Position numbers and translations under genes: made by a program
In this document: in pieces, positions 9,832-20,809 of the stretch
How positions within the stretch are numbered: position 1 is the stretch's first letter
Layout: each line of letters starts with the position of its first letter
DNA from: a virus
IMG/VR virus record: IMGVR_UViG_3300021364_003460
Coordinates: 1-64,000 of that record
Length of the DNA: 64,000 nt
Direction: 5' to 3' (one strand)
The notes under the pieces: generated by a model
Databases searched by the model: none
Told to the model about the DNA's origin: nothing
The model's input: the letters and a program-made list of their open reading frames with translations, nothing else

Positions 9832-10749
9832 ATGAAAGAAGGAATAAAGAAAGCCCTGGAGTTATCTGGGGCTTTTACAATGAATACTAAAATAAGAAAG
9901 TATACTCTTGAGTTGGCAACCAAACTCCAACATAAAGGAAGTAATGGTTACTGGAATATAGACTTAACTAGTAAAGGTATCCTAACTCAAACTCTTAAAG
10001 AAATCCTAGAGCAGTTAGGTTGCTTTAGATTTTATTCTACTAATTCAGGTGAGTACATTATTAGCTACCATCAAATCCACTGGTTTCTTTATACTGGATT
10101 TAAGTGGCTACAAAAAGGAATTACTGTCTCAAAAGAAACTCATAGTCTTCATCATAAGAATTCTAATAAGGATGACAACAGGTTATCAAATTTAGTGATG
10201 CTTACTAATGAAGACCATCACTACATAACTAGAGTAGTTAATGAATCATTAGGTCTACATGACTTTGTAACTGAGATTAATCCTGATGCAGTTAGATACA
10301 ATAACCAAGGTCACAAAGTTAAAGATGCTGAAGAGTTTCTTTGTAATATCTTAGCTGAAACCTTATACAGCACTATTAAGTTTATGGAAAAGGCTGCTCA
10401 AGGTAAAGGTATCTTTGCTAAGTTTGCAGGTTTAGCTAAGTACACTTATGATTGGGTTACTACAAGAATCAAACAGTTAACTCAAGTTAGAGTGCTGGCT
10501 GGAGTAGAAGAACCTACTGTACTTTACCAACCTGAAGAAGAGTGGGATGCCTTAACTAGGCTGGCTGAAAGCTTAATGGAGACTTTTGGCTCTCAATTCC
10601 ACTACACTATAGAAGAATTTAAGAAGTTAGTAGGTTTAGATTTTATTGAGAATGAGCCTGTTTCTCCTTGCAGTCAAAGAGTGCAAGCTGCTACTGTGGC
10701 AATCGCCCCATCAACAGACAACTATATTGAAGATAACTTTCCTTTCTAA
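9832..10749 (+). CDS. HNH endonuclease (HNH_3-type core) with long C-terminal extension
   Basis: YHQIHWFLYTG...SLHHKNSNKDDNRLSNLVMLTNEDHH intact HNH motif. Confidence 0.8.
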   Translation: MKEGIKKALELSGAFTMNTKIRKYTLELATKLQHKGSNGYWNIDLTSKGILTQTLKEILEQLGCFRFYSTNSGEYIISYHQIHWFLYTGFKWLQKGITVSKETHSLHHKNSNKDDNRLSNLVMLTNEDHHYITRVVNESLGLHDFVTEINPDAVRYNNQGHKVKDAEEFLCNILAETLYSTIKFMEKAAQGKGIFAKFAGLAKYTYDWVTTRIKQLTQVRVLAGVEEPTVLYQPEEEWDALTRLAESLMETFGSQFHYTIEEFKKLVGLDFIENEPVSPCSQRVQAATVAIAPSTDNYIEDNFPF

Positions 10750-10755
10750 ACTAAT

Positions 10756-12638
10756 ATGAAAATACTAAACACAGAAGAATTTGCCAAGTTACCTGAAGGT
10801 GTACTATTTAGTGAGTATATCCAATGTAGTTTATCTGCCCTTTGTATTAAAGGTGAGACTACTAACTTTGATTCTGATACTAAGTGGGTTCAGTTTTGGG
10901 ATGCTAGTGTAAATGATATACTAGCTAATGATTGTAATACCATTGAGTTCCTTAAGCCAGGTGACAGCAGCCCCCTTGATATTGCTTATACTAGAAATGT
11001 TCACCCTCCTGAAAGAATGTTTGCAGTCTGGGAATTAGATGATTTACAAAAGTTGGCAGAGATTGTAAACAATGCTATTGAGGTTACAGAATTATGATTG
11101 AAGAATTAGATGTAGTCAAAGTAGTCAACTGTCCTGTTAACTTTCCTGAGTATTGGGATAAAATTGGTACTGTAGTATGCACTTATCCTAAACACCCTGA
11201 CTACTATTTAGTAGAGTTTACTAATAATGAACTACATAACTTACATAAAAATTATCTTGAAGTTACTTGGATATTAGATGAAACTAGCCAACATTGTTAA
11301 ACTTAGTAAAGTAAAAATAGTAGACAAACTAAGGTGGAAACATAGAGTTAAGTACACTTTAGTTTTCTTTAATAAATATTTTCTTACTTGGAAAGGAATT
11401 AGAAAATTGAGAAAGGTTAGATAGATGCCTTACTACATAAAATCTCATGAGTCTCCAAATGACAAGCCTAAAAGAAATAAGAAAGGAAAGTTAAAGAGTG
11501 CTAGATTAAGACAACTAAAGAAAAGTAGAAATAAGTTGAGGAAGAAGTTAAAAGATGACTCAGTGGAATGAGCCAAATGTAAATATAATTGAATCTATAA
11601 AAAGATTTAAAGATTGGTTTGCTAATGAGACTGTTTCCTACACTTATGTGATTAGCCCTCAAGAATTAGACTTATTAATAAATAAGTTTGAGTTAGTTAT
11701 AAAAGAGTAGAGTAAAGGAAACTGCATGACTTACTTAATTTTGAAAACAAGTTACAGTCATATACTATATAAAGATGGACAATTACTTACAAGCATAGAT
11801 AACAATTCAATAGATAAAAAATACAGTATTATACCTTCTCCTACTAAAACAATGAGAGAAGCATCTTACCTATTAGACACTATAAATGTTAGTGATATTG
11901 AAGATAACTTTTTAAAGTTTATAGGTAAGTTTAATAATCCTAAACTGGAATACTGTTGGCAAGTTGACCGCTACCTTATTAATCTACTAGAAGAAAACAA
12001 CACAGTTACTATTAAAGCCTTTACTAAAGTAGAAGATGTTTGGTTAAGTAGTAATATTAATAATGCTAACTTCTTAGCTGATATCTGGGATAGTTTGTGG
12101 AGTAGTAAAATACTAGCAGCTTGCTGGTACGCTCAACAAAGTTTAGAAAATGGTAGCTGTTATTGGGACTTAACTGACACCACTATTACAGTAAATAAAT
12201 TATTTAAAGAATTATATGAGTATACTGATTGGGTAGTAAAGTTAAATAAAGATAGACAGAGCGGGGAGTGGAAGATTATACATGATAATTAAAAATGAAA
12301 TAGAACTGTTTACTAGAGTAGAAGTTATCAATCAATACAACTCTTTAGTAAATCAACTTAATAACTTAGGTTTAAATTTAGATAAGTTAGCTATTGCAGA
12401 AACCTACAGTGATGACTTGTTCGCAGATTATGATTGGGTAGATTCCTACAATCAAGAGTATACTTATGAATGCTTATCTGAGCTTAAAATTGCTTTCAAA
12501 AAGAATACAGGAGCAGAACTTGAGTTGGTCTATTTAGAGATTAGTGAGCTTACTGTATGGAGAGTAAGTAACTTTTATATAGAGGTCATCAATCCTGAAG
12601 TATTTGGTATTTGTAAACAGGATTTATTACATGAATAA
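10756..12638 (+). other. hypothetical ORFs (10756-11097, 11094-11300 SH3-like/DUF4926-like, 11726-12292, 12282-12638)
   Basis: ORF track; 11094 has an ELDVVKV...GTVV...YLVEF pattern. Confidence 0.55.
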
Positions 12639-12960
12639 ACTTACAGTAGTACATTTAGATGGTACTAAGATTACTGACAAACAAAGCTTTCTAAAAGAGA
12701 TAGCTGAAGCATTAGAGTTTCCTGAGGGGTTTGGTCACAATTGGGACGCTTTAGAAGATTGCTTAAGATATTTGAAAAAAAAGTATTTTATAGTGTGGAC
12801 TAACTATGTTTACTTAGATTCAATAGCTAAAGGAGTAGAACTACTAGAAGAGTATGGTTATATAATTTCAACTGGAGAATCTCAAGTTAACTTAAGGAAT
12901 AACTATTTCTTTGAGGCTATACTAGATATGCTTGAAGTGCCTCACACTTGGTATGATTAA
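12604..12960 (+). CDS. barstar-family ribonuclease inhibitor
   Basis: LDGTKITDKQSFLKEIAEALEFPEGFGHNWDALEDCL matches the barstar signature FP.YFG.NWDAL.DCL. Confidence 0.85.
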   Translation: MVFVNRIYYMNKLTVVHLDGTKITDKQSFLKEIAEALEFPEGFGHNWDALEDCLRYLKKKYFIVWTNYVYLDSIAKGVELLEEYGYIISTGESQVNLRNNYFFEAILDMLEVPHTWYD

Positions 12961-13170
12961 TAACATTTATTAAAAGGAGATTGCACATGAAAAACCTAAC
13001 TGAGAAAAAAGAGTTCTATAGTCTGTTTGTATTGTGGCTATTCTGCTATCTTATGATAACTCTGCTAATATCCCCTAGAGTATTTTTAGTATCTTTTATA
13101 GCCAGTATTATGGCTATGATACTAACATCTGTACTTATATTGATAAAGAATCTATTTATCAGAAATTAAT

Positions 13171-14007
13171 ATGCAAGTAACTTGTGAAAACATTACATGG
13201 GTAATAGAACGCCATATCTTTGAAGAAGACAAAGAGTTAGCTCTAATTGAAGAGGTTAAAAAACAAGGAGGCTTAATTGAAGTAATTGACCCCCTTAGCA
13301 AACGTAACTTTCCTTGGGAGCAATATGGCTGGGAATTAGAAAACAAGCCAGTAATCTTTAGAGGTTCACTTAACATAGGTAAGAAAGCTAAACAGCAAGA
13401 GTGGTATCCTGGAGTTATCTGTAATCAGAAAGCTTTTAACTGCTCTACTTACTATACTTATTGGGGTAAGTGGATGTTGAATGAAGATTATATGTTATTA
13501 CCTATGGCTGAGTTAAAAAGAAAAGCGTCAGATAGTTGTTTCAAAGCTGGCTATGCACAAAAAGCTTTCATTAGACCTGACTCAGGAATGAAGCAGTTTG
13601 CAGGAGGAGTATTTAACTTATCTGATTTAAGTTTACTAAAAGATATTGAAGCAGAGACTCTAGTATTAATAGCTCCAGTTAAAAAAGTAAATAAAGAGTG
13701 GAGATTTGTAATAGCTGATAATAAAGTTATTACAGGAAGTCAATACTATGAAAAAGGTGAATATGTTACTGAACAAAATGTAGACTTCAATAATAAAGCA
13801 GCTTACTTCTTAGAAAGTATATTAGAAAAGATTACTTGGCAGCCTGATCCTATCTATACTGTAGATGTTTGTGAATCAGAAGATGAATATCATATACTTG
13901 AACTCAACAGTTTTTCATGCTCTGCATTATATAATTGTGATACATCTAAAGTTGTTGAAGCTGCTAATAAAGTAGCTATTAAAGATTGGAGAGAAGTGAA
14001 TGATTGA
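13171..14007 (+). CDS. ATP-grasp domain protein (DUF4343/R2K type)
   Basis: PVIFRGSL, FIRPDSGMKQFAG, EWRFVI...VITGSQY, YTVDV, ILELNSFSCSALY. Confidence 0.8.
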   Translation: MQVTCENITWVIERHIFEEDKELALIEEVKKQGGLIEVIDPLSKRNFPWEQYGWELENKPVIFRGSLNIGKKAKQQEWYPGVICNQKAFNCSTYYTYWGKWMLNEDYMLLPMAELKRKASDSCFKAGYAQKAFIRPDSGMKQFAGGVFNLSDLSLLKDIEAETLVLIAPVKKVNKEWRFVIADNKVITGSQYYEKGEYVTEQNVDFNNKAAYFLESILEKITWQPDPIYTVDVCESEDEYHILELNSFSCSALYNCDTSKVVEAANKVAIKDWREVND

Positions 14008-14509
14008 CATAGTAAAACACCTACTAGAGCTTATAGGTAAACGCATCTGGTATATACTAACAGGTAGCTTACTAATTATAGTTGCCTTCTTTAGTTTTAC
14101 ATTCAATTACCCCATCAAGATACAAGTTAACTCTTATATACAGAAAGAAGAACAGTATCAACTACATAACACTACTTATATAATGAGGTCAGTGGTTGAA
14201 AAGACTAGCAACCACTAATGATATAAAAGTTGAGGCTAAACTCAAAACAGTTAATGACAATCAAGCTTTTGAAATCAGAGCTATTGTAGTTGACTCAATG
14301 TATGTTTGCAGAACTTGGTTAACTCATAAGAAGAGATGGTATTACTTTGTAGAACACTATAGCTTCTTTGAGGTTAATATTGAGTTTAATAATCTTTATG
14401 TTAGGTAATTAATACTTAATATCTTGTATTACGTCAGTAAATTAAGCATCCTACACATAGCTAAAAGTATTAAGTATTCTGTAATAGTAAACTTAATATA
14501 AATAACTAT

Positions 14510-14836
14510 ATGGCTAAAGTAGGGTCAAAACGTGGAGTAAAAAAATCAGCTAAACATAAAGCTGCTATCTCTAAAGCTCAACAATTAAATAATAACTCTA
14601 ATTGGAAACATGGGAAAAGAATAGAGTACAGAGAAAAACTAGGATTAAAACCTAATGATGGAAAAATTGTTTCACATAAAAACGGCAAGAGACATGGTAT
14701 AAAAAACAATAAGAAATCTAATTTAGAAATCTTAAATGACCCACCTAAACCTGGTACTAAACGTAGCGGGCGCAATAACACCCCTAAACATAGCAGAATT
14801 ACACATGCTTCAGGAGTCTATAAAAAGAAAAAATAA
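14510..14836 (+). CDS. small basic NUMOD3-like + HNH-like protein
   Basis: KHKAAISKA...NNSNWKHG (NUMOD3-like) followed by IVSHKNG...NNKKSNLEIL (HNH-like). Confidence 0.5.
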   Translation: MAKVGSKRGVKKSAKHKAAISKAQQLNNNSNWKHGKRIEYREKLGLKPNDGKIVSHKNGKRHGIKNNKKSNLEILNDPPKPGTKRSGRNNTPKHSRITHASGVYKKKK

Positions 14837-14846
14837 CCTTAATAGT

Positions 14847-14873
14847 AAGTTAACTTAGTATAGTTGACTTTTT
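14847..14873 (+). terminator. probable intrinsic terminator
   Basis: AAGTTAACT / AGTTGACTT stem followed by T run, after the 14836 stop. Confidence 0.5.
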
Positions 14874-15056
14874 AGTTAGTAAAAAAGATAACTTACTTGA
14901 TAATAATAAAACTAGAAAGCTGTGGAATAAGTGTTATGAAAAAGGACACTCTGGTGGGTTATCTGAAGTATGTAATGAATGGCATGACTTAGTAGACTTA
15001 ATTAAAAATGACTAACCTACCTTTCACCCTACTCTTCTTATATAGTAATCTTTGTA

Positions 15057-15251
15057 ATGACTAATTACATACAAATGATTATTAATGAGAAAAATTCTAA
15101 TATGAAAATGAATAAAAAAGCAGCAGGTAAGATGCAAACAGGTAAAAAAATGAAAATGTCTGCTGGTAAAATGAAAGCAGAAAAAATACCTATGAAAAGC
15201 AAGATGCAAAAGATGTCTTCAATGAAGATGGCTAAAAAGAAAGGTTACTAA
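15057..15251 (+). CDS. Met/Lys-rich low-complexity small protein
   Basis: GKMQTGKKMKMSAGKMKAEK repeats. Confidence 0.55.
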   Translation: MTNYIQMIINEKNSNMKMNKKAAGKMQTGKKMKMSAGKMKAEKIPMKSKMQKMSSMKMAKKKGY

Positions 15252-15269
15252 GTTAAGTAAAAAGAAAAC

Positions 15270-15305
15270 AAAGAGCAGTTGACTTCACAGTTGGCTGCTC
15301 TTTTT
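15270..15305 (+). terminator. intrinsic terminator
   Basis: AAAGAGCAGTTGAC-ttcaca-GTTGGCTGCTCTTTTT hairpin with T tract. Confidence 0.7.
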
Positions 15306-15326
15306 AATGTTTATAAAGGAGAGTAC

Positions 15327-17354
15327 ATGAAATTACCAGTTAGTGAACACAAATTAGAAACCAATGTTGAGAATGCTGTTGATGTAGTAATAAGTCAAGA
15401 GCAAAGTAGTAAGATTCTTACTTTCCTTAGAGATAACATTTATGAGTCACCTAAGGAAAGTATGGTTAAAGAATTAATCTCTAATTCATTAGATGTCCAT
15501 GTAGAAAACAATGTAACTAAACCTATTGAGATTACTTTACCCAATACCTTTAATAACTTATTTATTATTAGAGATTTTGGAACAGGGTTGTCTAAAGAGT
15601 TTATGACTACCAAGTATACTCAAGTAGGCTTCTCTACTAAAGAGGAAAATGAGCTATCACTTGGGGCTTACGGTATAGGAAGACTTAGCCCACTAGCCTA
15701 CACTGATGTTTACTACATAGACAGCTACTATGAGTACATTCATAGTAAGTATATGCTAACTGTCTATGATGAAGGAGCTAAAAAGAAAGTAAGTTTACTT
15801 AACCTTGGAGAGTGGGCTAGTAATGAACCTTCAGGATTAAAAGTTAGTATTCCTATTAAAGAGGAAGATTACTACACTATAGAAAGCATAGTTAGAGAGC
15901 ATTGTAGATACTTACACAACCAACCTCCTCTAATCAATGGTAAGCCTGTTGAGTTAGTACCTAAAATTATAGAAGGTAATGATTGGTACATAACCTACGC
16001 TTTCTCTAATTGTATAGTAGGCTTAATAGGAGGAATGCCTAATAAACTAAAAGATATTACAGACTATACTAAATCTACATATAATGAAAGATATACTTAC
16101 AATAGATTAGGTTTAGTTATTAATATACCTATTGGTGGTGTTAATCAAACAGCTAGTAAAGACATTCAAAGAACTAAGTTTACTGAAAATACCATAACTA
16201 AGTTATTATATAAAGTTAAAGCTGAGATAATAGAAGCCTATCAAACTAAACTAAATAGTATAAATAACTTAGTTGAAGCTATCCACTTAATAAGCCCTTT
16301 AGATAGTAGTTTATATAGCCAACTTAAATGGAAACATATAAATTTTAATATCTACTATGGAGTTATTGTAAATCACTGTACAATTAGTAAGCTTAAAAGT
16401 AAAAACAAAGGTAAGTCTTTATATCTTTCTCAAACAAGTGATTACTTACCTATAGCCAACTATTACAAAGTTTACATTAATGATTTAGAAACTCCTAATC
16501 AAAAGATTCTATGTGAACAGTTACAAAAAAAGTGTGGAGATAATGTATATATTATTTCTGATATAGAAAAAGAAGATTTTAATGATGTATACAACTTTCC
16601 CTTATTATCTAGTGTTATTTCTCCAGAAGACTTAATTCCCCCAAAGAAAATAAAAGTTATATCTACTAAGCCTAAAAAAAAAGTAGATACTTCTGAAGTG
16701 ACTACTTATTATCTAAGAGAGAATCCTAGTTTAAAAGCTTACTGCACTTCTAACAAAGAAAGAGTACCTAAATCTCCAGATACTACAAAATATTATCTTG
16801 AGTTAACTGAGAGTAATAAAAAGTTAGTTTGGAATAATAAATTCTACAACCAGCAGGTTAAATATACCAACATTTATCTATTTGAAAACATAGCTAAATT
16901 AGATTTAGAAGTATGGGTAGACTTTCATGACTACTTAAAAGAGAAAATTAGTAAACTTTTAGAGCAGACCTCAAAGCTACTAGAGTTTGTAGACTTTTAT
17001 GATAACTATAATAACTTGTGGAAAATACTAGAATGGTTTAAAGATGTGCAAGATTGTGACTTAAAAAAGTTTTATGAAGAGTGTAATGAACTACTTAAAG
17101 TTTACCATCATTTAGAGTCAGAAGAAGCTAACTTATTAAGACTAGAAGTATATAACCAAACTAAGTTAAATGAACTCAAGCTAGATAATACCTTGCTGAA
17201 AGATTATAGGTACTTAGAAAGTAAGTATCCTTTAATTTTTAAACATTACAGAAGGCACAACAATATTACAGAATACTACGTTTCTTACAGATTTAAAGAT
17301 ACAGAATTGACGTTAGAAGAAGTAAATAACTACATACAATTAGTAAACAAATAA
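15327..17354 (+). CDS. rIIA: rIIA-like protein with N-terminal GHKL/HSP90-type ATPase
   Basis: KELISNSLD, IRDFGTGL, GFSTK, GAYGIG; adjacent to rIIB; ATG 15327 follows AAGGAGAG (track start 15279 lies inside the terminator). Confidence 0.85.
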   Translation: MKLPVSEHKLETNVENAVDVVISQEQSSKILTFLRDNIYESPKESMVKELISNSLDVHVENNVTKPIEITLPNTFNNLFIIRDFGTGLSKEFMTTKYTQVGFSTKEENELSLGAYGIGRLSPLAYTDVYYIDSYYEYIHSKYMLTVYDEGAKKKVSLLNLGEWASNEPSGLKVSIPIKEEDYYTIESIVREHCRYLHNQPPLINGKPVELVPKIIEGNDWYITYAFSNCIVGLIGGMPNKLKDITDYTKSTYNERYTYNRLGLVINIPIGGVNQTASKDIQRTKFTENTITKLLYKVKAEIIEAYQTKLNSINNLVEAIHLISPLDSSLYSQLKWKHINFNIYYGVIVNHCTISKLKSKNKGKSLYLSQTSDYLPIANYYKVYINDLETPNQKILCEQLQKKCGDNVYIISDIEKEDFNDVYNFPLLSSVISPEDLIPPKKIKVISTKPKKKVDTSEVTTYYLRENPSLKAYCTSNKERVPKSPDTTKYYLELTESNKKLVWNNKFYNQQVKYTNIYLFENIAKLDLEVWVDFHDYLKEKISKLLEQTSKLLEFVDFYDNYNNLWKILEWFKDVQDCDLKKFYEECNELLKVYHHLESEEANLLRLEVYNQTKLNELKLDNTLLKDYRYLESKYPLIFKHYRRHNNITEYYVSYRFKDTELTLEEVNNYIQLVNK

Positions 17355-17355
17355 T

Positions 17356-18204
17356 ATGCAATCAACACACTTTGATAATGGAAAAGTTATTACTGTTTAT
17401 CACAATGATCAAGTATTAACTTTCAATAGAGAAGACAATGAAAGAGTATTCTTACAAGTAAGAGAACTTTACAAAGTAGGTGACTATGAAGCTATTTCTA
17501 AGTTAGTATTAACTGCTGAAAACATTAACCTTAGATATGCTGACAGTGACCTTTCTATTAGTAAAGAAGGTGTAGTCACTATTAATGGAGATGTACTACC
17601 AGCTTCACTTAGCAAAGTAATAGTAGCTTTGTATAAAGAAGATGCCCCTATTGACTGCTTTATTAACTTTTGGAATAATTTAAATCAGAATCCTTTTGCT
17701 ACTACAGTACAAAGATTATATGATTTTATTGAAAGGCATAATATTACTTTACTACCTAACGGAGATTTGTTAATGTATAAGGTAGTTAAAAGAACAGAAA
17801 ATCCTAATGTATTTATAGATATCTGGTCAGAAACAATTAGACAATCTGTTGGGGACACTATACAAGTACCCTATAACAAAGTGGATAATAGAAATGAAGT
17901 GGCTTGCTCATTTGGTTTACACACTTCAGGATGGGATTATGTACCTAAATATGGTAGGGCTATGTCAGGGATTGATGTTTGTATCAATGTTAGTGTTAAC
18001 CCCAAAGATATCTGTGCAGTACCTTATGATGATATCTCTAAAATTAGAGGTAGATGTTATACCATCTTAGGAGTTAATACACAGCTAACTGAGATTAGAC
18101 AGACATACTACAGTCAACAGTTAGAAGATTCTTCTTATGATGAAAATGAAGATTATGATGACTATTGGGATAACGTAGAAGATGACAATGATGAAGATTA
18201 CTAA
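17356..18204 (+). CDS. rIIB: rIIB-like protein
   Basis: FWNNLNQNP, LYDFI, GDLLMYKVV, CSFGLH, VNPKDICAVPYD; acidic C-terminal tail. Confidence 0.88.
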   Translation: MQSTHFDNGKVITVYHNDQVLTFNREDNERVFLQVRELYKVGDYEAISKLVLTAENINLRYADSDLSISKEGVVTINGDVLPASLSKVIVALYKEDAPIDCFINFWNNLNQNPFATTVQRLYDFIERHNITLLPNGDLLMYKVVKRTENPNVFIDIWSETIRQSVGDTIQVPYNKVDNRNEVACSFGLHTSGWDYVPKYGRAMSGIDVCINVSVNPKDICAVPYDDISKIRGRCYTILGVNTQLTEIRQTYYSQQLEDSSYDENEDYDDYWDNVEDDNDEDY

Positions 18205-18248
18205 CTAATGATTGGCTCTCTATATGGGGGCTATTAAAAGAAATTTAT

Positions 18249-19060
18249 ATGATTATTCCACAACTACAAAAATACTTTCCTAAAGTTAACTGGGTATATT
18301 TCAGTAAAAAGGAAGATAAGGGTTACTGTACAGGTACTTTAAATGGATGGGAATTTATTTACCATTATAGAGCTGGCTATGGTGACTTTACTATACGGTA
18401 TACAAAATTACAGCATTTAATTTATACTGGGCAACATTATTCTAATCCTCCTAAAGTAACTTGTCTCCATTGGCATACTACATTAGAAGAAGTGTTACAA
18501 GATGCTAAGAATAAGTTAACTATACTAAAAAATAAAACAAGTGAAGTAATATGAATGACAGTTCAGTAAACCAAGTAGATGTTTTATTAGATAAATTAGT
18601 AAATGGGCATTCTAGTAACCCTTATTATCTTAAACAAACTCTAAGAGAAATCAGAAGTTTAGTACATCAAGCTAACCTACAAGCTGATGAACTAATAATA
18701 AAAGACTGGTTTAAAGACTTTGACTTTAAAGATACTATAGATACTTTAACTAAAGAGTTCCCTAAATTAAATTGGGAAGAAGATGTCTGTGATACTGGAT
18801 ATTTGACTGAAGGGACTTTAGGTAAATTAACTGTAAGTGTAGAGTATAAAGTTAGTTTTATGGATAGTGTGTTTAAATCAGAGAAAGAAGTAACGCCATA
18901 TTGGGAATTAGATATTTACTTGAGAGATAGTAGTGAATCTGTTATTACTTTATACAACCCTCTGACAAAAAAGTTTGATAACTTAAAACAGGTTATTGTA
19001 GTTATCAAACACACCCTTAAACCTTTATGTAGTTTGTTTAGTAAATTGGAGATTACATGA
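18249..19060 (+). other. two hypothetical ORFs (18249-18554, 18551-19060)
   Basis: ORF track; ATGA overlaps. Confidence 0.55.
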
Positions 19061-19485
19061 TTTCTATCAATGACATCATACCTAAGTTTACTAGCTGGGG
19101 CAACTACTCAGTGCATATTGAATTCTGTATAAAAGGAGGTAAATCAGGTAGAGATATACTATTTAACAACCCTAACTGGGTTCATCAGAGAAATGATAGC
19201 TATAGTGACTTTGTACTTGTAGATGGATTACAGAGGATAACTGCTGTAACTAAATTTATGGGCAATGAGTTAGCAGTATTTGGTGGCAACTTCTTAAAAG
19301 ACTTTACAGGAAGTGTTGGAGATGTAAAAAGACAGATACTCAGAGGACAAAGGTTTACATTTTATATTAATGACTTGCAATCTAAAAAAGAAGTCTTACA
19401 GTGGTATCTTGACTTAAATAGTGGTGGTGTAGTTCACTCACAAGAGGAATTAGATAAAGTTAAAAGAATGTTAAAAGGTATCTAA
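19057..19485 (+). CDS. DUF262/ParB-like protein, apparently internally deleted
   Basis: VLVDGLQRITAV matches the DUF262 DGQQRLT motif; no FQR motif upstream. Confidence 0.6.
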   Translation: MISINDIIPKFTSWGNYSVHIEFCIKGGKSGRDILFNNPNWVHQRNDSYSDFVLVDGLQRITAVTKFMGNELAVFGGNFLKDFTGSVGDVKRQILRGQRFTFYINDLQSKKEVLQWYLDLNSGGVVHSQEELDKVKRMLKGI

Positions 19486-19486
19486 T

Positions 19487-20651
19487 ATGGGTTGTCATAC
19501 TTGGTTCTTCAAATCTGTTGATATAACTTATGAACAAGCTAAAAAGTTAGTTATAGACTATTTAACTAATCAATTAGAAAAATGGACTATAGAAAACATA
19601 CTTTATACTGCTCATGAGTTTGGAGACATAAATCCTTATAACTGGACAGAAGATGTAGTTATTAAACAAAGAGCTTACTTTATTAGATGGCTTAATAGAA
19701 TAAAGAGTGGTTTACCTATTTGGAAAGGTGCAGTTTGGTATTTTCTTGCATTAAAAGAAAGTAAAGTTAGTAGATACTATAAAGGTAAATACTATATTGA
19801 CACTAATTATCATGATTACTTTAGAGTAAGTTGGGATTTAGCTAATACAAGATTAACTTCACTTCAAGAAACTTTAGAGTTTTGTGAGAAAAATAAAAAT
19901 GTAGTCTGGTTTGCAGATAATTGGCTTGAAGAAATAACTGAGTTTTGGCAGCTATATCCAGATGGTTTAATTGAGTTTAGTTAAGAAGATAACTACATGA
20001 CTTGGTATAGATTAACTAAAGACGTAGAGTTAACTTATAATTTTTTAGGTAGATGGGTAGATAGTAAAACTGTAAGCTATAAAAAAGGTAGTTATATAGA
20101 AGGGTTAGAAAGGAAGCTTTACTCAGAGCAAGCTGATTATACTATTACTGAACAGATACCAGAAGACTCTGTAGAAAAGTTTGAATGTAATCCTTATCCT
20201 ACTTTCTATTATGGAGAAGATGGAAATGAATATTATGCTGACTGGGGAGAATGGAAAGAAGATTTACAAAAGTGTGAGTTTGAAGATGACCCTATAAAAA
20301 CAGGAGATAGAGTTTACTTTGAGTAACTACCAAATTAACAAACCTTACTGGTATGAAGCTAAATTTAAGGATTTTAAAATAGCTACTATTATAATGGCTC
20401 AACTAAAAGCTAACCTTATAGTGTTTGCTAGTTGGGGCAGTAATAATTATATAGACTTAGGTGATGGTTTAAAGTTTAATGTAAAAGGTAGAAAGTTTAA
20501 AGGTCAAGTAATCATTAAACTTAACTTAGATGATACTTATACTATCTTGTTTGGAAAGATAATTAATAATGAGTGGATTCTAAAAGAAGTATATGAAAAT
20601 GTCTATTGTGACCAACTACATGAGCTGATTGATGGATATGTAGAAACATGA
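19487..20651 (+). other. three hypothetical ORFs (19487-19984, 19997-20326, 20319-20651)
   Basis: ORF track; tight packing. Confidence 0.6.
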
Positions 20652-20809
20652 AAAATATTACTAAAGAAAAGATACAAGAGTTAGCTAATAAAGGTTTACA
20701 TCAAGCAGAAATAGCAAGGCAGCTTAACTGTAGTAGGGAGAACATTAGACAGTGGTGTAAAAGGTGCAATATTAAACTTACTAAACATAGATATAACAGA
20801 TATGTTTGA
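20648..20809 (+). CDS. small helix-turn-helix protein, 53 aa, not in ORF track
   Basis: Hand translation MKNITKEKIQELANKGLHQAEIARQLNCSRENIRQWCKRCNIK...; classic HTH pattern G....EIARQLN.SR..I..W. Confidence 0.75.
   Translation: MKNITKEKIQELANKGLHQAEIARQLNCSRENIRQWCKRCNIKLTKHRYNRYV

Noticed and set aside
9832-10749. IscB/Cas9-like call for the HNH protein
   Set aside because: No PLMP start, split RuvC motifs or Arg-rich bridge helix were seen
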